From a virus (lineage: Duplodnaviria > Caudoviricetes), in the IMG/VR virus record IMGVR_UViG_3300037461_000662, positions 1-49,982 of that record: DNA of 49,982 nucleotides; one strand, written 5' to 3'. Both the position numbers and the translations under genes were made by a program. This document shows, in pieces, positions 1 to 9,477 of the stretch; the stretch's first letter is position 1, and the number at the start of each line of letters is the position of its first letter. Under the pieces are notes generated by a model. That model was not told the DNA's origin. It did not search any database and saw only the letters and a program-made list of their open reading frames with translations.

Positions 1-127
1 TGATTCACTTCCGCTTGTGGAATCCGAAGTCGCCGGTGTGGGGCATGGGTCCGCTGCAGGCCGCCATGATTGCTGCCGAGAGCGACTACGAGGCGAGCGT
101 CTACAACCGCGCCTTCTTCAAGAACAG
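1..127. repeat. Terminal overlap, identical to 49856-49982 (circular assembly overlap)
   Basis: The first 127 nt are repeated exactly at the window end, and the portal ORF reads through the join in frame. Confidence 0.95.
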
Positions 128-1547
128 CGCGATCCCTGGTGGCATCATCGAAGTCCCCGAGCAGACGCAGCTCACCGAGAGCGAGTATCAGCGCATGCGG
201 GAGCGCTGGACCGACATGCACGGCGGCTCGCGCAAAGCGTTTCGCACCGCGGTGCTCGAGGGCGGCGCGAAGTTCCAGGCCGTCTCGCTCACGCACAGCG
301 ACATGCAGTTCCTCCAACAGAAGAAGTGGAACCGCGAGGCGGTGTGTGCGTGCTTCCGCGTCCCCCCCACCGAGATCGGAATCTTCGACGCGGTACACAA
401 GGCGACGGCGGAGGACACGCGCCGCGGGTACTGGGAGCAGACGCTGATCCCGCTGTGCAAGCTGATCGAGGACACGCTGCGCGCGCAGTTCTTCATACCG
501 TTCGATGGCGAGAAGACGTGGCTCGCCTTCGATTTGTCGAAGGTCGAGGCGCTGCACGAGTCGGCGGATGCGAAGATCGAGCGCATCCAGAAGCTCTGGG
601 CGATGGGCATGCCGTTCAATATGGCGTGCAAGCAGGTCGGCTACGAAGCCGATCCGATACCTGGCGGCGACATCGGATACCTTCCGCTCGGCGTCGTGCC
701 TGCAACCGAGGCGGGCATGGTGCGCGAGGGGCCGGATACGCCGCCGGACCAGGACGAGGACCAGGACGCCGCACCGACCAAGGCGGCGCCTCCCGCGCAC
801 ACCGCGGCGCTGCACACGCAGGCGCAGATAGACGACTGGCGGCACTTTGAGCGCTCGCTTCAGCCGAGCGACCGACGCTTCCGCGAGAGCATCAGCGCGT
901 ACCTCTCGCGCATTAAGAAGTGGCTCGCCGCCGAGCTCGACAAGTTCGACGCGCCGGGGGCGATCCCCGAGGACGCGCTCATGCTCGCGGCCAAATGGGA
1001 CGACGAGCTCAAGAAGCTCGCGAATCGCCACTACCGCCGCGTTGCCGAGGTGGTCAAGCCGCAGGTCGAGGCGCGCATACGTCGCGCGGGCATCGACTTC
1101 GACCTGAACCTCAGCGACAAGCGACTCGTCGACTACATGGACGCCAAGACGATCAAGGTCGTCGAGATCAACGACACGATTCGCTCGGGCCTGCGTGACG
1201 CGCTCAAGGAAGGCGTTACCGAGAACCTCACGATGTCCGAGCTACAGGAATCGATCTTCTCGGTTATGCAGGACTCGCGCGCGCGGTCGTTGCGCATCGC
1301 ACGTACCGAGACGACCAGCGCGGCCAACGGCACGGAATATGTCGCACACAACATCGCGGGGATCAAGACGCACCTATGGGTTGCCTCGCTCGACGAGGCA
1401 ACGCGCGACTCGCACATCGCGTGCATGAAGCAGGGTCCGATTGCGGTTGGCAAGTCGTTCGAGAACGGCTGTCGTTTCCCTGGCGATCCGAAGGGCGACG
1501 CCGGGGAAGTGGTTAACTGTCGCTGCACCCTGGTTCCGGTGGACTGA
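3..1547 (+). CDS. Portal protein (HK97-like), 3' part, fused to a C-terminal Mu gpF/SPP1 gp7-like minor head domain; full gene 49363..49855 + 1..1547, about 679 aa
   Basis: Portal motifs: GMGPLQAA, FFKNSAIPGGII, VLEGGAKF..DMQFL, FRVPP. After a low-complexity linker come MuF-like motifs: RSLRIARTET, W.ASLD..TRDSH, FPGDP..EVVNCRC. Confidence 0.9.
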   Translation: MHFRLWNPKSPVWGMGPLQAAMIAAESDYEASVYNRAFFKNSAIPGGIIEVPEQTQLTESEYQRMRERWTDMHGGSRKAFRTAVLEGGAKFQAVSLTHSDMQFLQQKKWNREAVCACFRVPPTEIGIFDAVHKATAEDTRRGYWEQTLIPLCKLIEDTLRAQFFIPFDGEKTWLAFDLSKVEALHESADAKIERIQKLWAMGMPFNMACKQVGYEADPIPGGDIGYLPLGVVPATEAGMVREGPDTPPDQDEDQDAAPTKAAPPAHTAALHTQAQIDDWRHFERSLQPSDRRFRESISAYLSRIKKWLAAELDKFDAPGAIPEDALMLAAKWDDELKKLANRHYRRVAEVVKPQVEARIRRAGIDFDLNLSDKRLVDYMDAKTIKVVEINDTIRSGLRDALKEGVTENLTMSELQESIFSVMQDSRARSLRIARTETTSAANGTEYVAHNIAGIKTHLWVASLDEATRDSHIACMKQGPIAVGKSFENGCRFPGDPKGDAGEVVNCRCTLVPVD

Positions 1548-1849
1548 TGCCAACGAAGAACAGAATCAACATTGCTGTGGTCGGAACGCTGGTAGCGATG
1601 CTCGCGACATTCAGCGTCGCCGTCGGCGGCTACTACCAGACGTGCGAGCGCGTGACGCGTACCGCCGAGGAGCTTGTGAGCTTGCGCGTGCAGCACAGTG
1701 AGGACATTCGCGTGCTGCGCGAGCAGGCAGATGTGCGCTGGGAGAAGGTCAACGGTTTGCTCAGCGAACTGCTCACACGCGGCGTGCGTAACGAGACGAA
1801 CATCAACACAATTTTGGAGCTGCTCCGCAAGCAGCGCGAGGTGAAGTAA
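1547..1849 (+). CDS. Small membrane protein (N-terminal TM helix plus coiled coil)
   Basis: Hydrophobic stretch IAVVGTLVAMLATFSVAVGGYY; translationally coupled (TGATG, TAATG) to both neighbours. Confidence 0.7.
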   Translation: MPTKNRINIAVVGTLVAMLATFSVAVGGYYQTCERVTRTAEELVSLRVQHSEDIRVLREQADVRWEKVNGLLSELLTRGVRNETNINTILELLRKQREVK

Positions 1850-2745
1850 TGAGCGAAGAGAAGACTGCGGCTATTCCCGACGCGATCGAGTACCGCGACG
1901 AGCAGTGCTTGATGACGTGCGAGGTCAAGGCCGACGACGCGGCCTCGCGCGTGCGACGCTTTGTCGGCTCGACTGCCGTGCGCGATCGTTGCGGCGACGA
2001 GATCACCGTCGAGGGCTGGGACACCAAAAACTACACGAAGAATCCGGTGTTTCTCTGGGCGCACAACTACGGCGAGCTTCCCATCGGCAAGGCGGTCAAC
2101 GTCGAGCGCACGGACAAGGCGCTCGTTTTCGATGTCGAGTTCGCGCCTGCCGAGGCGAACCCGAAGGCCGAACAGGTGCTCAAGCTCTACGACGGCGGCT
2201 ATCTGCGCGCCGTCAGCGTCGGTTTCCGCAGCAAGGCGAGCGAGTGGATCGATCGCAACGAGGAAGAGGAGGCGAAGCGCGCGAAGAAAGAACCCGACGC
2301 GCCTATCGGGCGGCGCTTCACGAAGGTCGAGCTTCTCGAGCTCTCCGCCGTTCCGGTGCCGGCGAACCCCGATGCGCTCATGACTGCGCGTCGCAAGGGC
2401 CTCGAGATTCCCGACGCCAAGAACGTGTTTTACGTGCGCCTGGACGCTCCGGCGCAGACGAAGGATATCGCCAGCGACACTGCGGCGCGCGACGTAGCCG
2501 CCGCGAGTGAGGCGACGCAAGACGCGGCTCCTGCCGCGCCGACTACCGCCGCGGCTCCTGTCGAGGAGGCGCGCTGCGAACGGGAAACGCCAGCGACGGG
2601 TGGCACCGTCGCGCCTGTAACGCAGCCGTCGGCCGAGGAGAAAGCGACGGAGGAGGCGGAGTTGGAGTACGCCGATGCGCTGATCGCCGAGCTGGCGAAG
2701 AGGCTTACTGACATTGAAAGGGCAATCGAATGCCTGACAAGATGA
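1849..2745 (+). CDS. HK97-family prohead protease with Ala/Pro/Thr-rich C-terminal extension
   Basis: Motifs DRCGDEI..GW, NPVFLWAHN..PIGK, LRAVSVGF, ELLELSAVPVPANPDA. Confidence 0.93.
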   Translation: MSEEKTAAIPDAIEYRDEQCLMTCEVKADDAASRVRRFVGSTAVRDRCGDEITVEGWDTKNYTKNPVFLWAHNYGELPIGKAVNVERTDKALVFDVEFAPAEANPKAEQVLKLYDGGYLRAVSVGFRSKASEWIDRNEEEEAKRAKKEPDAPIGRRFTKVELLELSAVPVPANPDALMTARRKGLEIPDAKNVFYVRLDAPAQTKDIASDTAARDVAAASEATQDAAPAAPTTAAAPVEEARCERETPATGGTVAPVTQPSAEEKATEEAELEYADALIAELAKRLTDIERAIECLTR

Positions 2746-4004
2746 ACATGGACGACCTCGTCGCGAAGATGGATGCGACGCAGGCGAAGCTCGACGCGCT
2801 GATCGAAGCGAAGCAGCGCGAGGAGCAGGCGAAGGCCGCCGAGGCGGCGAGCAAGATCCAGGTCAATGGCCGCGTCCCGGCCGAGGCTGGGGATCCCGAG
2901 ACGCGCATGTTCGAGGAGCGTGTGCGCAAGGCTATGGAGAAGTCGCCGCGGCAGATCCGCAAGGACGAGTTCTCGCTGTGGCGGTTCCTTCAGGCGCAGC
3001 TCTCGCACGACTGGAGCGAGGCGAAGTACGAGCGGTACTGCATGGACCTGACGAAGAAGAACCTCGCCGGTCTGGAGCAGAAGGCGCTCGGCTGGGTTTC
3101 CGGTTCGAGCGGCGGCTACTGGGTGGCTGCCGAGTTCCTGCCGGAGGAGTTCATCAACTACTACGCCGCGAACATCGTGTGCCGCAAGGCGGGCTGCCGC
3201 ACGCTGCAGCCGACGGGCGCGCCGGTGCAGATCCCGAAGGTGACGGCCGGTGCGACGGCGTACTGGGTCGGACAGAACTCCAACATCACGGCGTCTGACC
3301 AGACCCCGAACCAGCTCACGATGTACCCGAAGTTCTGCGTGGCTCGTACGCAGATCAGCGAGTTCCTCGCGCAGTCGAGCGAGGGCGTGGCCGAGAACAT
3401 CGTCCGTGAAGACCTCGCGCGCGTTCTTGCGCTCGCGGTCGACGACGCGATGCTCGAAGGCAACCTCGCGACGGCGACGCCGAACATCATCGAGGGCATG
3501 GCGAACACGGCCAGCATCCAGAACGTCGACATCGGGACGAACGGCGGCGCGCTGACGATGGCCAAGCTGTACGACATGAAGTACGCGCTCGACCTGTACA
3601 ACGTGCCGGAAGAGGGCCGCGTGTGGCTCATGCACCCGAGGACGAAGAACGGCGTCGACCAGTTCCTCGTCAACGCCGAGACGCAGCACTACGTGTTCGG
3701 TCAGAACGCCGAGCTCGGTCCGCGCAACATGCTGATCGGCTACCCGGTGTTCACGAGCACGCAGCTCGCGATCAACCTGAGCAAGGGCGGCGGCACCGAG
3801 GGTGGCGTCAACCTGGCTCGCCTGTTCTTGGTGAACATCAAGGACATCATCCTCGCCGAGTGGGGCGGCATTGGCCTCAAGGCGACGGACGTGGGCGGCA
3901 ACGCCTGGGCGCAGAACGCGATCGAGGTCAAGGCGACTGCTGCGGTGGACATGGGCGTCCGCAACAGCACCAGCATCGTCATGATCGACGACAGCAGGAC
4001 GTAA
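2730..4004 (+). CDS. Major capsid protein (HK97 fold) with N-terminal coiled-coil scaffold segment
   Basis: Motifs SSGGYWVAAEF, IPKVT..TAYWVGQ, ISEFL..S, LALAVDDAMLEG, WLMHPRT, LIGYPV; lies directly after the protease. Confidence 0.93.
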   Translation: MPDKMNMDDLVAKMDATQAKLDALIEAKQREEQAKAAEAASKIQVNGRVPAEAGDPETRMFEERVRKAMEKSPRQIRKDEFSLWRFLQAQLSHDWSEAKYERYCMDLTKKNLAGLEQKALGWVSGSSGGYWVAAEFLPEEFINYYAANIVCRKAGCRTLQPTGAPVQIPKVTAGATAYWVGQNSNITASDQTPNQLTMYPKFCVARTQISEFLAQSSEGVAENIVREDLARVLALAVDDAMLEGNLATATPNIIEGMANTASIQNVDIGTNGGALTMAKLYDMKYALDLYNVPEEGRVWLMHPRTKNGVDQFLVNAETQHYVFGQNAELGPRNMLIGYPVFTSTQLAINLSKGGGTEGGVNLARLFLVNIKDIILAEWGGIGLKATDVGGNAWAQNAIEVKATAAVDMGVRNSTSIVMIDDSRT

Positions 4005-4016
4005 CCTCTCGTGGTC

Positions 4017-4063
4017 CTGGTGTGCGGCGCCTGGTGCGTGGACTGCTGGGCGCCGCACGCCGG
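4017..4063 (+). terminator. GC-rich stem-loop after the capsid gene (terminator or mRNA stabiliser; no U-tract)
   Basis: ctggtgtgcggcgcctgg pairs with ctgggcgccgcacgccgg (18 bp including G-U pairs). Confidence 0.5.
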
Positions 4064-4095
4064 CGACTACCTGAACTCGCAAGGATGACAAGACG

Positions 4096-4371
4096 ATGGA
4101 AACGAAGCGCTGGAGAGTACGCGGTCCGAAGTATGTGTACCGGCGCGAGGACGGCAGTTACCTCGGGCCTGGCGCGGTATTCGAGGCGACCGACGCCGAG
4201 GTACGCGGTCAGGAGCACAAGCTCGAGGTCGTGGACGAATGGACTGCGCCGGAGCTTCCGCCGCGTGCAGCACCGAGTGAGCCGGAGGCCGATGCGCGTA
4301 AGCCGCGGCGCGCGCGCGTGCATCGCGATCGCATGATGGTCCAGGCGCCCGAGAGCACGGTGATGCAATGA
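4096..4371 (+). CDS. Small head-associated protein
   Basis: ORF between the capsid and head-tail connector genes; ATGA overlap with the next gene. Confidence 0.65.
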   Translation: METKRWRVRGPKYVYRREDGSYLGPGAVFEATDAEVRGQEHKLEVVDEWTAPELPPRAAPSEPEADARKPRRARVHRDRMMVQAPESTVMQ

Positions 4372-4958
4372 TCGATCTCTGTCAGCTCGCAGCGGTCAAG
4401 GCGCTCGTCGGCATCGAGGACGAGGTCACTACCGAAGACGCGACGCTGACGCACATCATCACGGCGGTTTCGGCGCAGTTGCAGCGCTACCTGAATCGCT
4501 GGATCGAGGCGACGAGCTACACCGAGTACTTCGACGTGCACGACGACGCCGAGGTATTCTCGGTGCATGCGTATCCGATCACCGCGCTGACGAGCGTCAA
4601 GAACGCCGTCGACTGGACCTGGTCGGCCACGTCGTCTATCTCGACGACGTACACGAACTACAACGCGCATGACGGCCTCGTGTACGTCTACGGCCAGCAG
4701 CTCGTCGAGGGCTACGGCGCGTTGCAGATCGTCTACACCGGCGGCATGGCGGCGAACACCGACGAGCTCGTCAGCGGCGAGTACGCGGATATCGCGCTGG
4801 CCTGCGAGCAGCAGGTCATCGCGGTCTGGCGCAACAAGTCGGCGTTCGGCGTCGGCAGTGCCGGCGGCGGGAACGCGACGGCGCAGTACAACGGCGTGAA
4901 GCTCCTCGACTCGGTGCGCGACATTCTTGACCAGCATCGGAGGCGGATCATTGTCTGA
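4368..4958 (+). CDS. Head-tail connector (gp6/gp15-like)
   Basis: Motifs LCQLAAVKALVGI..DATL..II.AVS..LQRYLNR, IVYTGG, DIALAC; synteny. Confidence 0.85.
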   Translation: MIDLCQLAAVKALVGIEDEVTTEDATLTHIITAVSAQLQRYLNRWIEATSYTEYFDVHDDAEVFSVHAYPITALTSVKNAVDWTWSATSSISTTYTNYNAHDGLVYVYGQQLVEGYGALQIVYTGGMAANTDELVSGEYADIALACEQQVIAVWRNKSAFGVGSAGGGNATAQYNGVKLLDSVRDILDQHRRRIIV

Positions 4959-5559
4959 GCGGCAGTCGAACATCCAGATCGCGCGCGATGTCTTCAAGCG
5001 CACGATGACGCGCATCCGTGCGAGCGTGAAGCGCAGCGTCGGTGCGAACTTCGGCGCTTGGGGCCGATTCGTCGCCGGTGCATACCGCATGCGCGTCAAG
5101 ACGCTCACGCGCACGCGCAGCGGCAAGCTGTCGCAGAGCTTCAAGTTCGTGCAGCGCGGGCTTGGGAAGGACACCGAGGGCACGTTCTTTACCAACTCGA
5201 AGTACGCGAAGCTGCACGAGTTCGGCGGCAAGGTCGTGCCGCGCACGCGCAAGTTCCTGGCGATACCGATCGAGGGCTCGCCGGCAATGACGAAGGCTGG
5301 CGTCGGGCGGTACGGGTTCTCGCTCTACAACACGCTGCCGAAGGGGTATTCGTTCTTCTTCGTCGGCAACGCGCGCGGCGGCGTGCTCATGGGCCGCAAG
5401 AAGGGCAAGCGCGGCGCGATTGCCGAGGCGTGGTATCGGCTCGTGCGCAGTGTGCGTATCCGGCCGCGCCTGGGGTTCCGCACGTACATCAAGGACGCGG
5501 TCAAGGACTTGCGGCGGCATCTCGCGGAGAGTACGCAGGAGGCTATCCGTGGCCGATAG
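4951..5559 (+). CDS. Neck / tail-completion protein (HK97 gp10 or virion morphogenesis-like)
   Basis: Motifs RTRSGKLSQS, TNSKYAKLHEFGG, V.IRPR; TTG start after GGAGG. Confidence 0.75.
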   Translation: MSERQSNIQIARDVFKRTMTRIRASVKRSVGANFGAWGRFVAGAYRMRVKTLTRTRSGKLSQSFKFVQRGLGKDTEGTFFTNSKYAKLHEFGGKVVPRTRKFLAIPIEGSPAMTKAGVGRYGFSLYNTLPKGYSFFFVGNARGGVLMGRKKGKRGAIAEAWYRLVRSVRIRPRLGFRTYIKDAVKDLRRHLAESTQEAIRGR

Positions 5560-6001
5560 CGCACGCACGAGCATTATCGCGAACATCGTCTCGACGATTG
5601 CAGCTATTACGCACGGCGCGACGTACTCGCGCACCGTGCGCACCTGCTCGCGCAACGTGCGAAACATCGCCGAGATCCCGCTCTACGACGCCGTCTGGGT
5701 CGAGCGCACCAACGAGGTGAAGTCGTCGCTCGCCTACAACGTCACGACGTGCACGCTCACGGTCACGCTCGGCGCGGTCGTGCAGGACTACAAGCACCTC
5801 GGCGAGGCGGTCGACGCTATCGCTGCGGACATCGACAAGGCGCTTGCCGTGGACATTACCCGCGGCGGCAAGGCGCTCGATACGCGCGTGGTGCGTGTCG
5901 AGGAGTATGTGCTCGAGACGCAGGAGCCGCTCGCCGGCGTGCTCCTGGACGTGGAAGTAACGTATCGGCATCGCGACGGCGATCCGTACACGGCTTGCTA
6001 A
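5549..6001 (+). CDS. Tail terminator-like protein
   Basis: GTG start after AGGAGG; motifs SARTSII.NI, DITRGGKALDT, V.YRH..GDP; precedes the tail tube gene. Confidence 0.75.
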   Translation: MADSARTSIIANIVSTIAAITHGATYSRTVRTCSRNVRNIAEIPLYDAVWVERTNEVKSSLAYNVTTCTLTVTLGAVVQDYKHLGEAVDAIAADIDKALAVDITRGGKALDTRVVRVEEYVLETQEPLAGVLLDVEVTYRHRDGDPYTAC

Positions 6002-6016
6002 CAGGAGAGAAGAACC

Positions 6017-6988
6017 ATGGCTGCACCGCTCTACAGAATCCGGCAACTGGCCGCGAAGGTCGAAACGGTGGCCGGGAGCGCCGAGTCGCTAGCGAATAGC
6101 GATGCGGGCATCCTGGTCGAAGACGTGCGCTTCAAGCTCGACGCGCCGGAGCTCGCGCGCAATCCGCTGCGCGCGTCGCTGTCGCGCTACAAGAGCATCG
6201 CCGGGCCGCGTACCGGCACGGTGACGTTCCGGTGCGAGCTCAAGGGCTCGGGCACCGCCGTCACGCCGCCGGCCATCGGCAAGTACATCCAGGCGTGCGG
6301 GTTCGACGAGACGGTCGAAACCGACAACGTGCTCTACACGCTGACGAGCACCGACACGGCGATCCCGACGCTGACGATGGCGATGTACAACGACGATACG
6401 CGCTGGCTCATGTACGGCGCGCGCGGGAACGTTTCGTTCGAGGGCACGGCGAACCAGATCGTGTATGCGAACTTCACGTTCACGGGCATCTACTCCGAGT
6501 TCACCGCGGTCGCGAAGCTCACCAGCGTGACGTACGAGTCGACGATACCGCCGGTGTTTCGCAACACGTCGACCACGTTCAACTTCGGCACGAGCTACAG
6601 CACGGGGTGCTTCTCGCGCTGGACGCTCGACATGGGCAACGAGGTCATGGTGCGCGAGAACGCGAACGCGGCGAACGGCCTTTCGTACGCGCGCATCGCG
6701 TCGCGCGATCCGGGCGGGACGTTCGACATCGATATTCCGGCGCCGGACTTGGACACCGCGCCGGACGTGACGCCGAACTTCGTGACGAACTGGCTCACGC
6801 CGACCACCGGCTCGCTGGCGATGGTTATCGGCTCGGCGGCCGGGAACCGCATCGCGATTGCGGCGCCGGCGCTCCAGGTCGTCGACATCGCCGACGGCGA
6901 CCGCGGCGGCGTCTCGGTGCACGACCTGACGTACAAGCTGCGGCTGAGCTCGACTGACAACGACGAGCTCACCATCAACTTCTATTGA
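6017..6988 (+). CDS. Major tail tube protein
   Basis: RBS AGGAG; N-terminal QLAAKVET, PTLTM..Y, beta-rich composition; precedes the chaperone and tape measure genes. Confidence 0.85.
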   Translation: MAAPLYRIRQLAAKVETVAGSAESLANSDAGILVEDVRFKLDAPELARNPLRASLSRYKSIAGPRTGTVTFRCELKGSGTAVTPPAIGKYIQACGFDETVETDNVLYTLTSTDTAIPTLTMAMYNDDTRWLMYGARGNVSFEGTANQIVYANFTFTGIYSEFTAVAKLTSVTYESTIPPVFRNTSTTFNFGTSYSTGCFSRWTLDMGNEVMVRENANAANGLSYARIASRDPGGTFDIDIPAPDLDTAPDVTPNFVTNWLTPTTGSLAMVIGSAAGNRIAIAAPALQVVDIADGDRGGVSVHDLTYKLRLSSTDNDELTINFY

Positions 6989-7001
6989 TCGGAGGTCCGG
7001 G

Positions 7002-7373
7002 ATGATAGCGCTGAGTGCGCGAGAGGAGTGGACGTACACGCTCGCCGAGGAGCGCGGCGTCGAGGGCGCGACGGTGTGGCGGCTGCGGCCGCTGACGCTG
7101 CGCGAGCGCAACGAGGTCGAGGATCTGATCGGCGCCTCGGCGAACACGCGAGGCTATCCGTACGGCACCGTCAATACGAAGGTGCTGCGCGGTGGCCTGG
7201 CGGGCTGGGAGGGCATTCGCGACGCCAACGGCGCGGAGGTGCGTTTCGCGGTAGACCGGGATGGCAAGGTCCGCGAGGACTTGCTCGAGAGGCTGCCGAG
7301 TCCGGTGTGCATGGAGCTGGCGACGGAGATCCTGACGCGGACGACGATGTCATCCGCAGACAGAAAAAACTGA
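7002..7373 (+). CDS. Tail assembly chaperone (gpG-like)
   Basis: Lies between the tube and tape measure genes; motifs WRLRPLT, GLAGWEGI.D.NG; ends at a slippery heptamer. Confidence 0.85.
   Translation: MIALSAREEWTYTLAEERGVEGATVWRLRPLTLRERNEVEDLIGASANTRGYPYGTVNTKVLRGGLAGWEGIRDANGAEVRFAVDRDGKVREDLLERLPSPVCMELATEILTRTTMSSADRKN
7364..7370 (+). other. Programmed -1 frameshift site A AAA AAC
   Basis: In-frame X XXY YYZ heptamer (AGA AAA AAC TGA); the -1 frame stays open to 7708. Confidence 0.85.
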
Positions 7374-7708
7374 TCGTCGCCGCGGCGGTCGTCGAGGGCG
7401 TGGTCCCGCGGCGGTCGTGTGCGGCGTGCGACGAGGCGCGAAGGCGCGAGTACGGATGCGAGAGCGACACGGAGCGACAAGAGCACTGGCTGCGGCTCGA
7501 GGGCGGCGAAGTCGTCAAGCGCTGTCCGTACGCGCTCGCCGGGCCGCGGGAGTATCGCTGCGTGCAGTACGCGGGTCTGATCGAGTCCGGGATACTGCCG
7601 GACGCCGGCGGGTGGCTGGACCAGGCGGCGGCGTTCACCGATGCGGCGGCGGTAGCGCTGAGCGCTCGGCGGGACTTCGCGAGGAGCAAGACCGATGACA
7701 GACGCTGA
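7370..7708 (+). CDS. Frameshift extension of the chaperone (gpGT-like; Cys-rich, GILPDAGGWLDQ)
   Basis: The -1 frame fills the gap up to the tape measure start and has no start codon or RBS of its own. Confidence 0.75.
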   Translation: MIVAAAVVEGVVPRRSCAACDEARRREYGCESDTERQEHWLRLEGGEVVKRCPYALAGPREYRCVQYAGLIESGILPDAGGWLDQAAAFTDAAAVALSARRDFARSKTDDRR

Positions 7709-9476
7709 ACTCGCCATCGTCGTCAAGCTCAAGGACATGTTCAGCAAGCAACTGGACTCCATTGTCGCCAACACCGACAAGAGCGCGAAGAAAATGGAGT
7801 CGGCTTGGACGAAGTTCTCCGGCTCGATCACCGCCGCGAAGGTCGCCGTTGCCGGCTGGGTCACCGGGCAGGCAGCGCGGTTCATTCAAAGCACCGTGCA
7901 GATGATCGCGCAGGTAGACCGCGCGAACACGGCGTTCGGCGCGATGTCGAAGCGCATCGGCATGGACGTGACCTCGGCGATGAACCGCATGCGCGAGGCG
8001 TCGAGCGGCGCGGCGAGCAACCTCGACCTCATGGCCTCGGCAAACAAGGCCATCATGCTCGGGGCCGTGAAGACCGGCGACGAGCTCGAGAAGCTCGTGA
8101 TGTACGGCACCAAGCTCGGCAACGCAATGGGCTTGAGCGCAGCGCAAGGCATCGAGTACTTCACCACCGGACTTGCGCGGCAGAGCGCGGCCATTCTCGA
8201 CAACGTCGGATTGATCGTTGACCTCGAAGGCGAATACAAGCGGCTCGGGAAGACGGCAGACCAGCTCACCGAAGACGAACGCAGGAGCATCTTCTCGTCG
8301 GTAGTCTGGAACAAAGCGGCCGAGTCCGTGCGCGCGCTCGGCACGCAGACGGCAACCGCGGCAGTGGCAGCCGACCGGCTCAGCGCGTCGTGGGACAATA
8401 TGGTGTCCTCGCTGCTCTCGATCGCGTCGGGGCCTGCGGCGACCGTGCTTGACACGCTGGCGGACTTTCTCCAAGACCGCGTAGGCATCGTGAGCCTCAA
8501 GGAACGGCTCGCAAAGAGCGAGCGATCGATCGAGGGCCAGTACAGCGGCGAGGCGCAGCAGCTAGCCGGGACGATAAATCCGTACGTTGCGCCGAACGTC
8601 AGCGGGTTATCGCTCGAGGAGTTGGTAGCGAAAGAGCAAGAGCGGGCGCGCATTCGCGGCGGCACCAAGATCGGCAGCGCGATAGCCAAGGGCAATGCGG
8701 CAGCCGCGGCCACGAAAGAGCGCGGCATGGCCTGGGCGGCAGCGCAAGACGCCGCGGCCGGCATGTACTCCGAGACAAACGAGAACGCGATCGTGCAGCG
8801 CGAGTCTGCGTTCCTGCAGCGCCTGAGCGCGGTGTGGGCCGACATGGTAGCGCAGTCACAGCGCGTGTGGGATGCCATGGGCGAGGGCGTGAAAGAGTAT
8901 TACGCCATGGTGTCCAACACCATGCTCAACGTCAAGTCGACGGTGATACGTGGGTTTCAAGACCTCGAAGTCACGCTCGGCGATGTCTTCTTCGACATGA
9001 TGATGGGCAAGATGAAGTCCTTCAAGGACTACCTGCGCGCGTTCGTGCAGGACATCGGCCGCACGATATCGCAGCTTATGGCGCGGCAAGCTGTGGCGCA
9101 GATCATTGCGGCCGGCGGCGCTGCGTTCGGCTCGGTGTTCGGCGGAAGCTCTACGAGCGGCGACATCGATACGCGCCTCGGGCCGAAAGACATGGGCGGC
9201 AATATCGATCTCGCCGCTGCAGGCGGTATCACGTCGGGCCTGACGCTGGCCGGCGAGGCCGGGCCGGAAGCCGTCGTGCCGCTGCCGGGCTCGCGCTCGA
9301 TTCCCGTGCAGTTCACTGGCGGCGGGCGCGGCGGCAACGTCACGTACATCATCAACGCAATTGATACGCAGTCCTTCGCCGCGGCGCTCGCGGGCAACAA
9401 AGCGACGATTCACCGCATGGTGACTGAGGGCCTCGGCGCGGATACGCAACTGCGCGCGGCAGTGAGGGCGGTGTGA
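7695..9476 (+). CDS. Tape measure protein (593 aa)
   Basis: Ala-rich helical protein with SAAILDNVG and C-terminal AGEAGPEAVVPL; synteny. Confidence 0.9.
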   Translation: MTDAELAIVVKLKDMFSKQLDSIVANTDKSAKKMESAWTKFSGSITAAKVAVAGWVTGQAARFIQSTVQMIAQVDRANTAFGAMSKRIGMDVTSAMNRMREASSGAASNLDLMASANKAIMLGAVKTGDELEKLVMYGTKLGNAMGLSAAQGIEYFTTGLARQSAAILDNVGLIVDLEGEYKRLGKTADQLTEDERRSIFSSVVWNKAAESVRALGTQTATAAVAADRLSASWDNMVSSLLSIASGPAATVLDTLADFLQDRVGIVSLKERLAKSERSIEGQYSGEAQQLAGTINPYVAPNVSGLSLEELVAKEQERARIRGGTKIGSAIAKGNAAAAATKERGMAWAAAQDAAAGMYSETNENAIVQRESAFLQRLSAVWADMVAQSQRVWDAMGEGVKEYYAMVSNTMLNVKSTVIRGFQDLEVTLGDVFFDMMMGKMKSFKDYLRAFVQDIGRTISQLMARQAVAQIIAAGGAAFGSVFGGSSTSGDIDTRLGPKDMGGNIDLAAAGGITSGLTLAGEAGPEAVVPLPGSRSIPVQFTGGGRGGNVTYIINAIDTQSFAAALAGNKATIHRMVTEGLGADTQLRAAVRAV

Positions 9477-9477
9477 G

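Noticed and set aside
2700-2745. Protease-capsid fusion by frameshift at the 16-nt overlap
   Set aside because: There is no in-frame slippery heptamer, the capsid frame has a TGA at 2715-2717, and the capsid has its own ATG.
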